Positions 38,920 through 41,984 of a DNA stretch of 41,984 nucleotides are shown one piece after another. Every line of letters starts with the position of its first letter. Positions within the stretch are counted from its first letter, which is position 1. Both the position numbers and the translations under genes were made by a program. The stretch comes from Candidatus Peribacteraceae bacterium (GTDB lineage: Bacteria; Patescibacteriota; Gracilibacteria; Peribacterales; Peribacteraceae), in NCBI GenBank assembly GCA_013140485.1, contig JABFSS010000104.1:1-41984 (forward strand), given 5' to 3'. Under the pieces are notes generated by a model, which was not told the origin of the DNA, did no database searches, and saw only the letters and a program-made list of their open reading frames with translations.

Positions 38920-39585
38920 ATGGCAGAGCAGATCGAGGTCTTTCATTCGGTGGCGCTGATCGAGCTGGGGCGGATCCGGCCCAACGATTACAACCCGAAC
39001 GCGATGCCGCCGGCGATCTATCAGAACCTGGTCGACAACATCAAGGCGCGGGGCTTCAAGAGCGCCATTTACGTCCGGGCGGGCCTGCAGGAAGGCACGT
39101 TTGTCATCGTGGACGGAGAGCATCGCTGGCGGGCCGCCCAGCAGGCCGGGGCCTTGAAGATCCCCTGCGTGGTCCTTCCGGCCACGGAGCAGGAAGCCAT
39201 GCTGGACACCATCACCATGAACCAGCTGCGCGGCAACCTCGTGCCGGTCAAGCTGGCGCTGGTGATCGCCCACCTGGCGCAGACAATCCCGGTCCCCGAG
39301 CTGGAGCGCCAGCTGGGGTTCGAAGAAAAAGAGCTGCAGGACACGTTGGAATTGCTGAAGTTGCCGGACGACATCACCAAGACGATCGAGATGGCCGCTG
39401 AGATGGAGGAGCGGGAAGCGCTCAACGTGGTGACCTTCGTGCTGAAGAAGCCGGCTGCGGAGTTGGTCGAGAAAGTGATCGCAGAAATTGAGAAAGAAAT
39501 GGAGGGGAAAAACACGCGCGGGCAGGCGTTGGAACGGCTGGTGCAGGTCTACCAGAAGGCCGGATCCAGCGTGACCGCGGCGTGA
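38920..39585 (+). CDS. ParB-like nuclease-domain protein (221 aa)
   Basis: ATG 38920 after GGGGG. Contains IRPNDYNPNAM ... IVDGEHRWRAAQQAG. Sits directly upstream of the terminase genes. Confidence 0.75.
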   Translation: MAEQIEVFHSVALIELGRIRPNDYNPNAMPPAIYQNLVDNIKARGFKSAIYVRAGLQEGTFVIVDGEHRWRAAQQAGALKIPCVVLPATEQEAMLDTITMNQLRGNLVPVKLALVIAHLAQTIPVPELERQLGFEEKELQDTLELLKLPDDITKTIEMAAEMEEREALNVVTFVLKKPAAELVEKVIAEIEKEMEGKNTRGQALERLVQVYQKAGSSVTAA

Positions 39586-39595
39586 TCCAGCAACT

Positions 39596-40108
39596 ATGGC
39601 GTCGAGAGGCCGCGAAGAACTAAGAGATCGAGCCAGAAGGGTTTACCGCCTTCTGATCAGGGGCATTGAAGCCAGCGAAATTGCAAAGCTGGAAAACTTG
39701 CCGCTGCGCACCACGTACTGGCTGATGCAGGAAGGCGGCCGGATCCTGGGGGCCGACATCGCGGGGCTGACCAAGGACGGCGTCCTGCGGGACCTGGTCG
39801 TCAGCCACCGGGAGCGGAAGAAGGAGATCTGGTTCTTGTTTTCGGCGCCGACCGCGTCTCCGGCCTTCAAGCTCACCTGCCTGGGGCAGCTGGGCGATGA
39901 GGATGACCGGTTCCTGGGCTTCATGGAGCGGTTGGGGCTGGTGGCTGGGAAGCCCGCGCCGGGCGTGTCGGTTGGGGTGGTGGTGAACAACAACCCTTCG
40001 GAGAAACCGAAGGAGCTTTCCGAACAAGAGGGGGAAGCGCTTGCCAGAGCAATTGTCTCAGCTCGACAAGATCAGCGAAATCGTATCCGGGAAACTGACG
40101 CTCCCTAA
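39596..40108 (+). CDS. Terminase small subunit candidate (HTH N-terminus)
   Basis: 170 aa immediately upstream of terL. N-terminal HTH-like IRGIEASEIAKLENLPLRTTYWLM. The call rests mainly on position. Confidence 0.5.
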   Translation: MASRGREELRDRARRVYRLLIRGIEASEIAKLENLPLRTTYWLMQEGGRILGADIAGLTKDGVLRDLVVSHRERKKEIWFLFSAPTASPAFKLTCLGQLGDEDDRFLGFMERLGLVAGKPAPGVSVGVVVNNNPSEKPKELSEQEGEALARAIVSARQDQRNRIRETDAP

Positions 40109-41528
40109 AGAGCAGCGGATCCAGCTGGCCAAGAAACACAGCTGGTATTTGGGGAGCGAGTACCTCGGCTACGACGTGGAGCCATTCCACATGGATTGGC
40201 ACAACCTCGCCCAGGACCACGTCGTGATCCGCGACATGCTGAAGGCCCCGCGCGGCCATCTCAAATCCACCAGCTGGACGATCTCGCACACCGTGCATCA
40301 CGTCATCCAGGACCGCAACTGGCGGTCGCTGATCGTCTCCAAGACCAAGGGGCAGGCGGAGCTGTTCCTGAGCGAGATCCAGGATCACCTGCAGAACGAA
40401 AAGCTCACGGACGATTTCGGCGTTTTCTATGACCGGGCCCAGACGTGGCGGCAAGACGCCATCACCGTGCTGGGCCGCACCAAGGTCATGAAGGAGCCGA
40501 CCATCACGGCGATCGGGGTGGGCGGGTCCGTGGTGTCCCGGCACGTCGACGAGATCATTCTGGACGACGTTGTCGACGACAAGAACAGCCAGACCGAACA
40601 CCAGCGGGAGCAGATGCGGACCTGGATCCGCAAGACGCTGCTGCCGATCCTGGAGCCGGGCAGAAAGATGATGATCGTTGGCACGCCGTGGCACCCGCAG
40701 GACGTCTATCAGTGGCTGGAGGACCGCTGGAACAGGATCCCGCCGCCGGAGCGCCTGCGCTACCGGGTGTCCAAGTTCAAATCGCTGAAGGATGACGGCA
40801 CCGCGCTCTGGCCGGCCAAGTACCCGGTGAAGGAGCTGGAGCGGATGCGCAATTACGAGATGGGCGACGCGCTGTTCCGCTGCCAGATGCAATGCGACCC
40901 CTCCGGCCTGGTCGGCAAGATGTTCCATTTCGACTGGCTGCAGTTTCACACCAAGGCCGAGCTGCCCCGGCTGGAGGACATGGACATAGTCGCGGCCTGG
41001 GACCCTTCGGCCAAGGAGACCGAGACCGGCAGCTACTTCGCCGGCGTTTGCGTGGGGCGGCACCGCCAGACCGGCCTGATCTACATCCTGGACCGCTTCC
41101 GTGGCCATCCCACGATGCAGGAAGCGATCGCGCTCAGCCAGATGTGGCAGCAGATGTGGAAGCCCACACAGCAGGGTTTCGAGACCAACCAAATGGGCAT
41201 GCTCGCGCCGCACATGAAGCGGCTCGGCTTGCCGATCAAAGAAGTTACCGCCGACCGGGACAAGCGGATCCGGGCATTGCTGGTGCAGGTGTTTTTTCAA
41301 AACAGGTTGGTGTCGTTCGAACGCGGCGCAGACGATCTGATGCTGCAGGAGTATTTGGATTTCCCGGAAGGGGAACACAACGACCTGATGGACGCGCTGG
41401 TGTGGTGCTTGATCCTCCTCATGAGGAAAACGGGCGGCAGCTCTCTGGACAAGAAGCCGGATTCAACGCCGCCGGTGACTGGTGGGGGACGACCTGAAAC
41501 CGCAGGGCTAACTGGAAAGGATTTCTGA
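40041..41528 (+). CDS. terL: Terminase large subunit
   Basis: Walker A-like APRGHLKST, Walker B VDEIILDDVVDD, coupling motif IVGTPWH, and nuclease Asp motifs AAWDPSA and NDLMDALVW. The TTG 40041 start follows GAGGGGGAAG but overlaps terS by 68 nt, so the start is uncertain. Confidence 0.88.
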   Translation: MPEQLSQLDKISEIVSGKLTLPKEQRIQLAKKHSWYLGSEYLGYDVEPFHMDWHNLAQDHVVIRDMLKAPRGHLKSTSWTISHTVHHVIQDRNWRSLIVSKTKGQAELFLSEIQDHLQNEKLTDDFGVFYDRAQTWRQDAITVLGRTKVMKEPTITAIGVGGSVVSRHVDEIILDDVVDDKNSQTEHQREQMRTWIRKTLLPILEPGRKMMIVGTPWHPQDVYQWLEDRWNRIPPPERLRYRVSKFKSLKDDGTALWPAKYPVKELERMRNYEMGDALFRCQMQCDPSGLVGKMFHFDWLQFHTKAELPRLEDMDIVAAWDPSAKETETGSYFAGVCVGRHRQTGLIYILDRFRGHPTMQEAIALSQMWQQMWKPTQQGFETNQMGMLAPHMKRLGLPIKEVTADRDKRIRALLVQVFFQNRLVSFERGADDLMLQEYLDFPEGEHNDLMDALVWCLILLMRKTGGSSLDKKPDSTPPVTGGGRPETAGLTGKDF

Positions 41529-41984
41529 TGGAACTCAAAATCGGACGACTCGAATTAAGACTGGCTGCGGGCAAGAAGCAGCCCACCGTGCAAGAGCTGG
41601 GCAGCACCGGGACCGTGAATTACAGCGGGTTCCTCTACGAGGAATACAACCAGGAGCTGATCGGCCGCAAGGGCATCGAGATGTGGGACAAGATGCGCAA
41701 GAGCGACGGCATGATCCGGGCGATCCTGCTGGCGCTGGAGCTGCCGATCCGCAGCGCGGAGTGGTACGTCGACGACAACGGCGGCAAAGCGCCAAAGGAA
41801 GCGGTCGAGTTCCTGAACCGGGCCCTGTTCGATGAGATGAGCATCACCTGGAGCGAGTTCCTGAAGCATGCGCTCCTGATGTTCCCGTTCGGTTTCAGCG
41901 TCTTCGAGAAGGTCTACAAGTACGAGGCCGGCTACTACTTCTGGAAGAAGCTGGCGCCCCGCCTGCCGAAGACCGTCTACAAGT
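41528..41984 (+). CDS. Portal protein, N-terminal part (gene crosses the window junction and continues at 159..1873)
   Basis: ATG at 41528 overlaps the terL stop (ATGA) and the frame stays open to the window end. It is continuous with 2..1873 once the 158-bp overlap is collapsed. Absent from the ORF track because it has no stop in the window. The N-terminus (GIEMWDKMRKSDGMIRAILLALELPI) looks like Mu gp29/DUF935-type portals. Confidence 0.85.
   Translation, partial: MELKIGRLELRLAAGKKQPTVQELGSTGTVNYSGFLYEEYNQELIGRKGIEMWDKMRKSDGMIRAILLALELPIRSAEWYVDDNGGKAPKEAVEFLNRALFDEMSITWSEFLKHALLMFPFGFSVFEKVYKYEAGYYFWKKLAPRLPKTVYK
41827..41984. repeat. Terminal redundancy, right copy (matches 1-158)
   Basis: Same alignment as the left copy. 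Lies inside the portal ORF. Confidence 0.95.

Larger units (their letters stand above)
1..41984. mobile_element. Complete temperate siphovirus-like phage genome (41,826 bp unique, ends overlap)
   Basis: Terminal 158-bp overlap. Full complement of packaging, head, tail, lysogeny (int, CI-like, Cro-like) and early genes. No host-like flanks. Confidence 0.93.

Noticed and set aside
39921-41378. 485-aa minus-strand ORF opposite terL.
   Set aside because: The + strand carries clear terminase motifs (Walker A and B, GTPWH, nuclease Asp residues). The antisense product is low-complexity.

Overview
The window is a single self-closing replicon. Bases 1-158 repeat at 41827-41984 with one mismatch, so the unique length is 41,826 bp. 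It is the complete genome of a high-GC temperate tailed phage. The tail is long and non-contractile: tape measure, frameshifted G/GT-type chaperone, tube, Dit, Tal-like hub and fibre are present, and no sheath gene is seen.

Layout:
(1) The late operon runs on the + strand from 37677, across the window junction, to 18831. It encodes a small Cys-rich ORF, a Dam-type MTase, a ParB-like protein, TerS, TerL, a portal fused to a Mu F-like domain, a Mu I-like protease/scaffold, a DUF2190 decoration protein and a lambda E-like capsid. Connector proteins, tail proteins, the fibre and three membrane proteins follow. An intrinsic terminator at 18915-18954 ends it.
(2) A roughly 540-bp non-coding attP region holds a 47-nt 5' fragment of tRNA-Pro(GGG) flanked by four arm-type direct repeats.
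(3) A coupled two-gene DUF2283-type cassette follows.
(4) On the minus strand, a CI/LexA-like repressor, three unknown ORFs and the integrase form one coupled operon.
(5) A divergent Cro-like switch lies at 22964-23043.
(6) A rightward early operon spans 23044-37511. It encodes an Xis-like HTH, an Mgm101/Rad52-type annealase, a DUF1376-HNH fusion, a SleB-type hydrolase and two ParB-like proteins around a HerA/FtsK-like ATPase. It also encodes DUF5131, DUF1064 and many tiny Cys-rich ORFs. It ends at a strong terminator (37600-37660) just upstream of the late genes.

I saw no rRNA, complete tRNA, CRISPR array, transposase or reverse transcriptase. All functional calls come from my own recognition of motifs in the translated ORFs plus gene order and start/stop coupling. 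No database search or computation was run. The many long antisense or alternate-frame ORFs in the track are high-GC artefacts.

Best candidates for something new:
- the three-gene cassette co-transcribed with the repressor (21122-22271);
- the ParB ... HerA-like ATPase-2xwHTH ... ParB operon (28282-34760);
- the attP that carries the 5' rather than the 3' part of a tRNA;
- the AT-richer 2.4-kb insertion between Dit and Tal.
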